NCBI GenBank assembly: GCA_965232515.1 | Contig: CBDDPY010000002.1 | Span: forward strand, 160,001-224,000 | Length of the DNA: 64,000 nt | Origin: Alphaproteobacteria bacterium | GTDB taxonomy: Bacteria > Pseudomonadota > Alphaproteobacteria > GCA-2731375 | Reading direction: 5' to 3' | In this document: one piece after another, positions 42,101 through 50,291 of the stretch | How the letters are laid out: each line of letters starts with the position of its first letter | How positions within the stretch are numbered: position 1 is the first letter of the stretch | Notes under the pieces: model-generated | The model's database searches: none | Seen by the model: the letters and a program-made list of their open reading frames with translations, nothing else | What the model was told of the DNA's origin: nothing | Translations under genes and position numbers: made by a program

Positions 42101-42441
42101 ACCTGTTCTCCTATCTCAGCCAGGCAGACGGTACCGAGATCGCCGGCAATTCGACTGTCGGCACCACGTCGACCGATCTCATCCAGGACTTCGAGAGCGG
42201 CGTCGACAAGTTCGTGTTCGACGCCACCGAATTCGATCCCGACGCGACCTTTGTCACCATCGGCAGCGCCTACAACGGCAACAACTCGGGTGTACAGTCC
42301 GGCGCCGCGTTCGTCTTCGACGGCACGCACCTGATCTATGACGAAGATGTCACGTCGGAAGGCTATACCGTGGTTGCCGACACCAACGGCCAGCAGGTCA
42401 CCGCGGACGATATCGACAACTCGAACTCGTCCAGTTCATAG
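39109..42441 (+). CDS. T1SS-secreted RTX protein: BapA-prefix-like N-terminus, FecR-like domain, cadherin repeat, RTX repeats, DUF4114-like domain
   Basis: GTDLILTGPDG..NYF; VFQGDVVETG..TPLATIGVRGT (FecR-like); ATDPD..LDFE..VRATD (cadherin); many GGxGxD; SEGAGFENTFGYY..WEDL..GDGDFNDL; DLIQDFESGVDK C-terminal signal; no Sec signal. Confidence 0.85.
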   Translation: MNPKPMATDAVVDPRAADMGDYTAVLDAAGRGNLVVDQDLLILVGDYQKSGTDLILTGPDGAKVLVLNYFESSTPPDLWTAGGARVASETAAKLAGVHDLVQYAQASDTTGAIQPIGVAEAVRGDVLAVRADGTRVVLQDGSPVFQGDVVETGDGASVGLRFNDDTSFAMQGNGRMVLDELIYDPGTQSGSAAVSVLQGAFVFVTGQVAKTDPSSFSVSTPLATIGVRGTMVGGTQGDRLDIYFNEGAGFIQNAGGRVDIDAGERTFVLGFNLIPQTPQATPPGLFDSLFQSALGVLPATQFYTPGQRGSADEPTDEEAQAAAEVAPEAGEGAIPVVDVTLQQELVPQLPTLLNLAPLPPGLQASLQRGGAARRSDNDDVIFAALNQAPFAIELSDVSASEGAAIGSVIGVLSATDPDDGELTFSIVSDPDDRFEIVGNELRLTAPLDFETQQFHDVVVRATDSEGLSVDRAFAISVSDVPDTVIFGTPGDDVLVGGPGADLFIASPGDDVLDGLGGSDTVDYSDSETGIIADLSAGSVTGGFDATDTLSNIENVTGTGQNDVLIGDAGDNILQGGAGDDTLDGGEGNDTLLAGDGDDTIIGGHGEGDDNIDGGAGNDTVSYTSAVAGIVVNLETGVAFGDPAIGVDTLNAVENVIGGQANDLIVGNAADNRLEGGMGDDVVLGGDGNDQIFGGDIRTREPVVLTRPGDVYDISEVEQVNLRVDFVSEGAGFENTFGYYLADADGVPLSGQIVFANVDIADTASFNLDATALAGAAQLGFFVIPDGFGLNDVLVDGAEIGFAFVDGFWTVTLGGEALEGDGAPALFSDPNLNADGFDHEIDNDEPGNSNWEDLAGGGDGDFNDLNLDITVTEIPAEDGDDTLSGGVGDDQIFGGSGDDVLNGDEGNDRLSGGAGNDQIDGGAGNFDVVLYDDFDGIMGVEVDLVAGTARDSHGDTDQLSNVEGVVGSRFDDLIVGDAADNLIAGGEGSDVMTGGDGADLFSYLSQADGTEIAGNSTVGTTSTDLIQDFESGVDKFVFDATEFDPDATFVTIGSAYNGNNSGVQSGAAFVFDGTHLIYDEDVTSEGYTVVADTNGQQVTADDIDNSNSSSS

Positions 42442-42556
42442 CGTTCCGTGCGTATCGCGCGTTGGACAAGGCGCGCGACAATCGTTAACGGATTGTTGCC
42501 ATTCACGCTTAATATTGCGGCCGTTGCCCCGGCGACCAGCATGCCAGGACGGTTGC

Positions 42557-44287
42557 ATGACGACGGACAGGACCACTAGCGCTTGGCTGCGGCCGATCCT
42601 CGGATCGGTGCGCGGGATGCTGGCCGAGCTGCTGACGCTGTCGTTCTTCGTCAATGTGCTAGCGCTCGCCGTGCCGATCTTCGTGCTGCAGGTCTACGAC
42701 CGGGTGGTCTCGCAGAACGGCCTGACCACATTGCAGGGATTGCTGATCGGCGTCCTGATCGCGATTGTCTTCGATTTCGTGCTTCGGCAGACCCGCAGTC
42801 GTCTGCTGCAGCGCATGGCCATGCGCTACGACGTCGAGGTCGGCCGCGCCCTGTTCGAGAAGGTTCAGCGGCTGCCGCTGCGGACGCTCGAAGCGCGTCC
42901 GGCGGCGTTCTGGCAGATGCTGTTCCGGGACGTCGAGGTCCTGCGCAACACCGTTGCCGGCCCGCCGGCGATCCTGCTGGTCGATCTGCCGTTCGCCATA
43001 CTGTTCATCGCCATCATCTATGTGGTGGCGGCGCCGATCATCTGGGTCCTGTTCGCCATTCTGCCGCTGTTCGTGCTGTTGGCCTTGCGTTCGGGCAGCG
43101 CCGTTCGGGCGGCGGCCGACGCCGAGCGTGATGCGACGGTGGACCGCGACTCGCTGGTCTCCGACATCATCGGCAACCGCACCACGATCAAGGCGCTCGC
43201 GCTCGACGAGGCCATGCAGCCGCTCTGGGAAGACCGCCACGCATCGACGATCGAGCGCGCTGTGACGCGCGGCCGGCGCGCGGACGGCTATCACAATCTG
43301 GGCCTGTCGCTCAGTATCCTGACCACGGTTGCGATCACCAGCGTCGGCGCGCTGGCGATCATGGAACAGGCCCTGACCATCGGCGCCTTGATCGCCACCA
43401 ACATGCTGAGCAACCGGATCGTCGGCCCGTTCACACAGCTCGTCACCACCTGGCGCGGCATCGTCTCGTTCCGGCAATCGCTGAAGCGCCTGCGCGAAGC
43501 CTTCGATCTCGTCGAGGAGCCGGCGCATGACAGCGTCGAGATGCCGACGCCGAAGGGCGATCTGGAAGCCGACGCGGTGGTGTTCGCCTACGGCCCCAAC
43601 ACGGCCCCGGTTCTCGACCGGATTTCGTTTCGGGTCGGCCCCGGTGGCCTGCACGCGATCGTCGGTCGCAACGGCAGCGGCAAGACCACGCTGATGAAGA
43701 TAATGCACGGGCTTTATGCGCCGGCCGGCGGCCGCATGCTGCTCGACGGCGCCGATATCGGCCAGTTCTCGCGCCGACGGCTGGCACACTGGATCGGCTA
43801 TGTGCCGCAGGACACCGTTCTGCTCTCCGCCTCGATCCGCGAGAACATCGCCAAGGGCTGGGAGGGCATCGGCGACGACGACGTGCTGCGCGCTGCCCGG
43901 GCCGCGGGCGCGCACGACTTCATCGTCGACTTGCCCGAGGGCTACGGCGCCCAGGTCGGCGAGGGCGGCGGCCGCCTGTCGGGCGGCCAGCGGCAGCGTA
44001 TCGCCATCGCCCGCGCGCTGGTCGGCCAGCCGGCGATCCTGCTGCTGGACGAGCCGTCCGCCAGCCTCGACCGGCAGGCGGAGGAAGACCTGCGCGACAC
44101 GCTGATCGATCTCGCCCGCGAGCATACCGTTGTCGTCGTCACCCACAGCGCCATCCTGCTGCCGGCCTGCCACAACATCATGGTGCTGGATCAGGGCCGC
44201 ATCGTCATGGGCGGTCCGACGGCACAGATGCTGCCGCGTCTGTTCGGCAAGGCCGAGCAGCCGGCCGTTCTGGAGCGCAAGGCATGA
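42557..44287 (+). CDS. Type I secretion ABC transporter (no C39 domain)
   Basis: LQVYDRV, VDLPF, GRNGSGKT, LSGGQRQR, LLDEP, VTH. Confidence 0.92.
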   Translation: MTTDRTTSAWLRPILGSVRGMLAELLTLSFFVNVLALAVPIFVLQVYDRVVSQNGLTTLQGLLIGVLIAIVFDFVLRQTRSRLLQRMAMRYDVEVGRALFEKVQRLPLRTLEARPAAFWQMLFRDVEVLRNTVAGPPAILLVDLPFAILFIAIIYVVAAPIIWVLFAILPLFVLLALRSGSAVRAAADAERDATVDRDSLVSDIIGNRTTIKALALDEAMQPLWEDRHASTIERAVTRGRRADGYHNLGLSLSILTTVAITSVGALAIMEQALTIGALIATNMLSNRIVGPFTQLVTTWRGIVSFRQSLKRLREAFDLVEEPAHDSVEMPTPKGDLEADAVVFAYGPNTAPVLDRISFRVGPGGLHAIVGRNGSGKTTLMKIMHGLYAPAGGRMLLDGADIGQFSRRRLAHWIGYVPQDTVLLSASIRENIAKGWEGIGDDDVLRAARAAGAHDFIVDLPEGYGAQVGEGGGRLSGGQRQRIAIARALVGQPAILLLDEPSASLDRQAEEDLRDTLIDLAREHTVVVVTHSAILLPACHNIMVLDQGRIVMGGPTAQMLPRLFGKAEQPAVLERKA

Positions 44288-45573
44288 GCCGGCTGGACGA
44301 TCTCTATCAACGCTACCCGCTGCCGACCTGGCGGCCGATCGCCTGGATATCCATGCTGCTGGTCGCGGCGTTTATCGGCTGGAGCTTCGTCGCCGAGCTT
44401 GAAGAAGTCGCCAGCACGTCGGGCGAGGTCGTGCCGCAGGGCAAGGTCAAGCTGATCCAGCATCTGGAAGGCGGCATCGTCGACGAGATCCTTGTCGCCG
44501 AAGGCAATGCGGTGGAAGAGGGCGCGCCGCTGGTGCGCCTGGATCTGCCGACGACGGCGATCAACCGCGAGGAGCTGCAGGTTCAGCTCGATGCCCTCTT
44601 GCTCACCCGCGCCCGCCTGAAGTCCGAGAGCGCCGGCGGCGACCTCGTCTTCCCGAAGGCCGAGAGCGAGCGGCATGCCGATCTGGTGGATACCGAGCAG
44701 GCAACCTTCGAAGCCCATCGCCGGCAACTGGACAGCCGCGTGGCGGCGCTGAAAAGCCGACAGGAACAACGACGGTTGGACCTCGCCGAACTGGAAGCGA
44801 AGCAGCGGGCGTTGGAGAACAATCTTCGGCTGGCGCGCGAGGAATTCGCGATCTCGGCCCGGCTGCGCGAACGCGAGCTGACGCCGAAGATCGAGCACCT
44901 GCAGCTGCAGCGCCAGGTCGAGGCGCTCGAGGGCGAGCTCAAGGTGCTGACGCCGACGATTCCCCGAGCACGGGCCGCCATTGAAGAAGCCGGCCAGCGT
45001 ATCACCGAGGAGTTGGAGCAGGCCCGTTCGCGCGCGCTGCAGGACCTGAGCCGCGCCGAGCTGGATATCGCCCGCCTGCGCGAGCGACTGGCGGAAGCAA
45101 CGGACCAGCGTCTGCGCACGACCATCCGCAGTCCGATCCGCGGCGTGGTCAAGAACCTGCGCTACAACACCATCGGCGGCGTGGTCCGGCCCGGCGAGAC
45201 GATCATGGAGATCGTGCCGGCGGACGACAGGTTGGTGATCGCCGCGCAACTGAGCCCGGCAGACCGCGGTTATGTGCAGGTTGGCCATACCGCCCTGATC
45301 AAGATTTCGGCCTACGATTTCTTTCAATACGGTGGATTGGAAGGGCGGGTCACGCAGATCGCGGCCGATACCAACCGGGCGCCCGACGGCACATCTTATT
45401 TCGACGTCGTCATCGAGACCGATCAGTCGTATCTCGATTCCGGTGGCGAGCCGCTGTTGATTCAGGCCGGCATGCAGGCGACGGTCGACATCAAGACCGG
45501 CACCCGGTCGGTGCTGCGTTACCTGTTGAAGCCCGTTCTGAAACTCCAGCACGAAGCGTTTCGCGAACGCTGA
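44284..45573 (+). CDS. HlyD-family T1SS membrane fusion protein
   Basis: IQHLEGGIV, coiled coil, IRSPIRGVV, GGVVRPGE, GMQATVDIKTG, EAFRER. Confidence 0.94.
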   Translation: MSRLDDLYQRYPLPTWRPIAWISMLLVAAFIGWSFVAELEEVASTSGEVVPQGKVKLIQHLEGGIVDEILVAEGNAVEEGAPLVRLDLPTTAINREELQVQLDALLLTRARLKSESAGGDLVFPKAESERHADLVDTEQATFEAHRRQLDSRVAALKSRQEQRRLDLAELEAKQRALENNLRLAREEFAISARLRERELTPKIEHLQLQRQVEALEGELKVLTPTIPRARAAIEEAGQRITEELEQARSRALQDLSRAELDIARLRERLAEATDQRLRTTIRSPIRGVVKNLRYNTIGGVVRPGETIMEIVPADDRLVIAAQLSPADRGYVQVGHTALIKISAYDFFQYGGLEGRVTQIAADTNRAPDGTSYFDVVIETDQSYLDSGGEPLLIQAGMQATVDIKTGTRSVLRYLLKPVLKLQHEAFRER

Positions 45574-45600
45574 GCCACGCCGCCGCGCCGGTTACGCCGT

Positions 45601-48288
45601 ATGGCCTTCATCAACACGCTTCCGATTATGACCATGGCGCAGCGCCTGTTGCCGCTCAGCCGGGCACAGTTGAGCCTGCGGCGGATTGTGGCGCTCATGT
45701 TTCTGGCAGCCATGCTGGGATTGCGGATCTGGGACCCGATTGTCGTCGAGATGCTGCGCCTGCGCTCGTTCGATCTGCTGCAACGCATAAGTCCGTATGA
45801 GAGCGATAACCGGCCCGTGGTCATCGTCGACATCGACGAGGCGAGCCTGAAGAAACTTGGACAATGGCCATGGTCGCGGTCACTGCTGGGCCAGTTGCTG
45901 GTCGAGCTGCAGCAGCGCGGCGCTGTCGTGGTCGGCTTCGACGTCGTTTTCGCCGAACGCGATCGGCTGTCGCCCGGCGCGCTCGCCGATGTCATCGATC
46001 AGCTCGATGCCGACACGCGCCGTCGTCTCAACCAGCTGCCCAACAACGACTTGCTGTTCGCGCAGATCATCGAGCAGGGACGGGTGGTCACCGGCCGCTT
46101 CGGCCTCTCCTCGATACAGCCCGGCGCGGATCGCGAGCTGGTCCGCAAGTCCAGCATCGCCACCCTCGGCGGGCTGCCGCAGCCTTACCTCTTCAGCCTG
46201 GCGGGCGTGGTGCAGAACATTCCCGAAATCGACCTGGCAGCGGCCGGTACCGGCATGCTCAGCATCATCCCGGAACCGGACGGCATTGTCCGGCGGGTGC
46301 CGGCGCTGCTGCGCTGGGGCGACCGGGTGATGCCGGCCCTGAGTATCGAGATGCTGCGCGTGGCGACCGGTCAGCAAACGATCGCCACCAAGGTCGACGA
46401 AGCCGGCGTCAAGTCGGTCGTGGTCGCCGGCGTCGAGATTCCGCTCGACCGTCAGGGCCGCATGTGGGTGCGGGCCTCGCACCACGATCCCGGGCGCTAT
46501 GTCTCGGCGCAAGACGTGCTGGCGGGCAACGTCGACCGGTCCGCCATCGAGGGTAAGCTGGTTCTGATCGGCGTTTCGGCCGCGGGCCTTCTCGATATCA
46601 AAGCGACGCCGCTCGAAGCCGCCATGCCCGGCGTCGAGGTGCATGCCCAGTTGCTGGAGACGATCCTGGCCCAGGCCAACCTGGTGCGGCCGAACTACGC
46701 CATCGGCATGGAACTCAGCACGGCGGCCGTTGTCGGCATCCTGCTGATCATCTTCGTGCCGATGCTGGGCGCGCGCTGGACCCTCGGCGTGCTGCTGGTG
46801 GTCAGCGTCGCGCTGCTCGACCTGGTCTATTACCTGTTCGCCAACCAACAGCTGCTGATCGATCCGTCGTTTCCGCTGATCACGGCGGCGGCGCTCTACG
46901 CCATGCTGGTCTATTCCGGCTACATGTCCGAGGAACGTCAGCGGCGATACATCCGCCAGACCTTCGGTCAATACCTGTCGCCGGCGCTCGTCAATCAACT
47001 CGCCGACGATCCGAGCAAGGTTAGGCTCGGCGGCGATACGCGGGAGATGACCTTTATGTTTTCGGACGTGCGGGGGTTCACCAGCATCTCCGAGAATTTC
47101 CAGGACGATCCGCAGGGCCTGACCGCGCTGATCAACCGATTCCTGACGCCGATGACGAACGCGGTGCTGCGTCAGAGCGGCACGGTCGACAAGTATATGG
47201 GCGACTGCATCATGGCGTTCTGGAACGCGCCGCTGGAAGACCCGGGGCATGCGTCGCACGCCTGCCAGGCGGCGCTCGACATGCACAAGGCGCTGGATGC
47301 GCTGAACGCCGAGCTGCGCCTGGAGGCGGCTGGCGATCCCACGCGGGCCGAGCACTCCGACTACAGCCTCGCCAAGCGGTACAGTTTGGGCATCGACGGC
47401 GAGTCGGATGCGGCGAAAGCGTTCGAGCTGTTCAAGCGCGAGGCCGAGCAGGGCTTCGCCAACGCCCAATACAGTCTCGGCAAGGCCTATCGCGACGGCG
47501 CCGGCGTCGAGGCCGACCCGGCCGCCGCGGCGAGGTGGTTCCTGGCCGCCGCCGAGCAGGGCTACGCCAAGGCGCAACGCCATATCGGCACGCGGTTGGC
47601 CCGCGGCATCGGCGTCGAGCGCGACGACGTCCAGGGCTTGATGTGGCTGACGCTCGCCGGCCAGGCTGGCCTCGCGGCGGCCGAGGAGGGACGCAAGAGC
47701 CTGATCAAGAACATGACGACGGCGCAGGTCACCGAGGCCGAGCAATGGGCCCGTCTGTGGCGGCCCAGGGTGTCCGGCGCCCGGGCCATCAAGCTTGAGA
47801 TCGGCGTCGGCTTGAATACCGGCCCGTGCGTTGTCGGCAACATGGGCTCGGAGCAACGCTTCGACTATTCGGTCCTGGGCGATGCCGTGAACCTGGCGGC
47901 GCGCCTGGAGGGGCAGTCCAAGAACTACGGTGTCGGTATCGTGATCAGCGAGGAGACCCGGAAACAAGCGCCGGAATTCGCCGCCATCGAGCTCGATCTC
48001 ATCGCGGTCAAGGGCAAGCGCGAGGCCGTGCGGATCTTCGGCCTGGTCGGCAATGCCGAGACGGCGGCCGACGGAAGCTTTCAGGCCCTGATCGCCAACC
48101 ACGAGCGCATGCTTGCCGCTTACCGGGCGCAACGGTGGCAGGAGGCCCGGGAGCTGGTGGCGGCCTGCCAGGAGATCGAGGACCGTTACGACGATCTCTA
48201 CGAGCTCTATCGCGGCCGCATCGCGCAATACGAGGCCGACCCGCCAGGTCCGGATTGGGACGGCATCTTCGTGGCGCAGACCAAGTAG
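45601..48288 (+). CDS. CHASE2-domain class III adenylate cyclase with Sel1 repeats inserted in the catalytic domain
   Basis: IVDIDEASL..GQWPWSR, DGIVRR, PGVEVHA (CHASE2), 3 TM, FSDVRGFT, DKYMGD, [Sel1 block], IGVGLNTG, GDAVNLAARLE. Confidence 0.92.
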   Translation: MAFINTLPIMTMAQRLLPLSRAQLSLRRIVALMFLAAMLGLRIWDPIVVEMLRLRSFDLLQRISPYESDNRPVVIVDIDEASLKKLGQWPWSRSLLGQLLVELQQRGAVVVGFDVVFAERDRLSPGALADVIDQLDADTRRRLNQLPNNDLLFAQIIEQGRVVTGRFGLSSIQPGADRELVRKSSIATLGGLPQPYLFSLAGVVQNIPEIDLAAAGTGMLSIIPEPDGIVRRVPALLRWGDRVMPALSIEMLRVATGQQTIATKVDEAGVKSVVVAGVEIPLDRQGRMWVRASHHDPGRYVSAQDVLAGNVDRSAIEGKLVLIGVSAAGLLDIKATPLEAAMPGVEVHAQLLETILAQANLVRPNYAIGMELSTAAVVGILLIIFVPMLGARWTLGVLLVVSVALLDLVYYLFANQQLLIDPSFPLITAAALYAMLVYSGYMSEERQRRYIRQTFGQYLSPALVNQLADDPSKVRLGGDTREMTFMFSDVRGFTSISENFQDDPQGLTALINRFLTPMTNAVLRQSGTVDKYMGDCIMAFWNAPLEDPGHASHACQAALDMHKALDALNAELRLEAAGDPTRAEHSDYSLAKRYSLGIDGESDAAKAFELFKREAEQGFANAQYSLGKAYRDGAGVEADPAAAARWFLAAAEQGYAKAQRHIGTRLARGIGVERDDVQGLMWLTLAGQAGLAAAEEGRKSLIKNMTTAQVTEAEQWARLWRPRVSGARAIKLEIGVGLNTGPCVVGNMGSEQRFDYSVLGDAVNLAARLEGQSKNYGVGIVISEETRKQAPEFAAIELDLIAVKGKREAVRIFGLVGNAETAADGSFQALIANHERMLAAYRAQRWQEARELVAACQEIEDRYDDLYELYRGRIAQYEADPPGPDWDGIFVAQTK

Positions 48289-48372
48289 GCCCGGACGGAT
48301 AAATCCGCCGGCACGCTTAATTCCGCAAATTGACATAATCTTCTTGTGCGGCCTTGGCGCTGCTGATATCTT

Positions 48373-48383
48373 CTACATTGTAG
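48373..48383. promoter_or_regulatory. Palindrome CTACA-t-TGTAG, candidate PadR autoregulatory operator
   Basis: Perfect inverted repeat about 45 bp upstream of the padR start; TTGACA at about 48330. Confidence 0.45.
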
Positions 48384-48427
48384 TTTTGATGTGCCCTGTG
48401 GGTTTGTGGAGGTCGCGGACGCCGGTC

Positions 48428-48757
48428 ATGCCCAGGAACGACTATCTCGGTGCTTTTGAACAGATCGTTTTGCTGGCTCTGGTGCGCCTGCGGAACAACG
48501 CCTACGGCGTGACGATCCGGCGCGAGATCGCCGAACGCGCCGGACGCGATGTCTCGATTGGCGCCATCTACACCACTCTGGAACGCATGGAACGCAAGGG
48601 ATTGGTGACGTCGTTTCGCGGCGAGCCGACACCGGAACGCGGCGGCCGTGGCAAGCGCTACTACGCCATTGCCGCGCCTGGGGTCGAGGCCTTGAACCGG
48701 TCGCGCGACGTGATCGATCGCATGTGGGACGGCTTGGGAGCTCCCGTGGAGGCATAA
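48428..48757 (+). CDS. PadR-family transcriptional regulator (short subfamily)
   Basis: LGAFEQIVLLAL, AYGVTI, GAIYTTLERME, ERGGRGKRYY. Confidence 0.92.
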   Translation: MPRNDYLGAFEQIVLLALVRLRNNAYGVTIRREIAERAGRDVSIGAIYTTLERMERKGLVTSFRGEPTPERGGRGKRYYAIAAPGVEALNRSRDVIDRMWDGLGAPVEA

Positions 48758-48758
48758 G

Positions 48759-49157
48759 ATGCGACGGCAACGAGGGCCGCTACCGCCGAACCGGGTTCGG
48801 AAATCGCACAGCGACTACATACCGCGCTGGGCCGAGACCTTGTTGCGTTGGTCGATCCTGAGAGGCGGCCGGGAGCATATCCCCGGCGATCTGGAGGAGG
48901 AGTTCCACACCGTCATCTTTCCCACGCGCGGCTGGTCGGGCGCGCGCCGCTGGTACATCTGGCAGGTGCTGAAGTCGGTCGCGCCGCTGCTGATGCACGA
49001 GCTGCTCGATTTGCACCGCGCGCCGGTCGGAAACGATGCGCAGGTCGATGGCCTCGCCGAAACCGATGGCGGCGTGCCGCTCTATGCCACCGACCATCCG
49101 GCGGGCGCCAAGGTATCCTTTACGCCGCTCATGCTCGATGGGCGGGTCGGACGCTGA
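48759..49157 (+). CDS. Small protein consisting of a 'permease prefix'-like domain
   Basis: PRWAETLLRW..GDLEEEF..ARRWYIWQV, a pattern usually N-terminal to PadR-associated membrane proteins; no TM part here. Confidence 0.6.
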   Translation: MRRQRGPLPPNRVRKSHSDYIPRWAETLLRWSILRGGREHIPGDLEEEFHTVIFPTRGWSGARRWYIWQVLKSVAPLLMHELLDLHRAPVGNDAQVDGLAETDGGVPLYATDHPAGAKVSFTPLMLDGRVGR

Positions 49158-49202
49158 CGTGAGGGTTGAATGAGGAGGTTGAATGAAAAGGGGATGAAGC
49201 AG

Positions 49203-50003
49203 ATGGCCAAATCAGGAGTTCTCGCCGCCCTGGCCGGGGCCGCGATCGCGTTGTCGACCGGCGGCGCTCAGGCGGCGTCGCAGATGCTGGCGCTGATTTC
49301 GACCGACAGGCCCGTGCAGCTTACCTGCGAGCGCGGCGAATGCTCGGCCGAGCTGACGGCGATCTGCCTGCAGCCGGACCGCGCCAGTCCGCCGCCCGGC
49401 AAACGCTACACTCAGATCGGCGGCGAACAGGTCGCGCTGATCGGCGAGACCGCCGACGGCCGGCAGGTCGCGCTATCCGCGGCCGAGCATGGCGAATTCA
49501 CGGCGCTGCGTGGCCACAACGCCGTCAAGTTCGCCATCGATGGACGTGTTCTGTCAGAGCTTGGCGTGCGCCGGGTTTCGGTGCAGGTCGGCGAGATGGT
49601 GTCGCTGCTGCCCGAGCCGGTGATGGATGATCCGCTTCCGCAGACCGAAGCCGATATCGCGCTGGCGACCGGCCCGATGCGGACGCTGGCCGCGCGACTG
49701 GTCGACAACAGCGGCGACCGCATCGCCGCCGCGCAGATCGCCAGGGATCTGGTGAACTATCTGCCCAAGCTCGGCCGGTCGACGCCGGCGCAGCGGGCCG
49801 CCGCCTGGTCGGCGGTGATCAAGACTGAAGGCGCCGCGCGCACCCAGGCCGCCTTCGCCATGGTCGAGACCGCGCTGGAGCAATGCGACCAGCTCAATCA
49901 GACCAGCGGCATCCGGCTGCGCTCGTGCCTGGGGTCGAAACACGACAGCTTCGTTGGCGAACTCAACAACGGCTACTGGGACGCGATTAAGGCCGGCAGC
50001 TAG
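49203..50003 (+). CDS. Hypothetical exported Cys-containing protein
   Basis: Signal peptide (..GAQAA), CERGEC..ICLQ, two C-terminal Cys; start 49170-49203. Confidence 0.75.
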   Translation: MAKSGVLAALAGAAIALSTGGAQAASQMLALISTDRPVQLTCERGECSAELTAICLQPDRASPPPGKRYTQIGGEQVALIGETADGRQVALSAAEHGEFTALRGHNAVKFAIDGRVLSELGVRRVSVQVGEMVSLLPEPVMDDPLPQTEADIALATGPMRTLAARLVDNSGDRIAAAQIARDLVNYLPKLGRSTPAQRAAAWSAVIKTEGAARTQAAFAMVETALEQCDQLNQTSGIRLRSCLGSKHDSFVGELNNGYWDAIKAGS

Positions 50004-50027
50004 TTACGCGTTCATCTGAGATGACGG

Positions 50028-50065
50028 GACGGCCCGGACCGCGAGGTCCGGGCCGTTGCCGTTTG
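50028..50065 (+). terminator. Stem-loop terminator candidate
   Basis: acggcccggacc-gcga-ggtccgggccgt followed by a weak T-tract. Confidence 0.65.
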
Positions 50066-50119
50066 GTCACAAACTTGCCCATGCCGCGGCCGTTGCATGA
50101 GCACCGTTGTCCAATCCCC

Positions 50120-50288
50120 GTCGTAACAAGCGAAGTGGGGCGCCAGACCTTGGTCTCAGATAGCGATGGGCTACGACGCCGCGGAACCGGGCACGGCGCT
50201 CGAGGTCGAGATCCTCGGCAAACGCCTTCCGGCAACGGCTATTCCGGAATGGCCGTAAGACCCGGAGAACACGAGCCCGCGTCGCTGA
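50120..50288 (+). pseudogene. Remnant C-terminus of a GcvT/dimethylglycine dehydrogenase-family gene
   Basis: IAMGYDAAEPGTALEVEILGKRLPATAIPEWP*DPENTSPRR* with internal TAA at 50256; VVTS in another frame upstream. Confidence 0.72.
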
Positions 50289-50291
50289 GCG

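Noticed and set aside
40570-42110. Repetitive GGCGGC/GACGAC-rich DNA
   Set aside because: Explained by RTX nonapeptide coding repeats, not a DNA repeat element.
45880-48336. 818-aa minus-strand ORF, and similar long antisense ORFs at 14437, 42659, 51003 and 62296
   Set aside because: High-GC codon bias leaves antisense frames open opposite well-supported genes.
49164-49186. Short tandem repeat ggttgaatga x2
   Set aside because: Only two short units in an RBS region; not a CRISPR or meaningful array.
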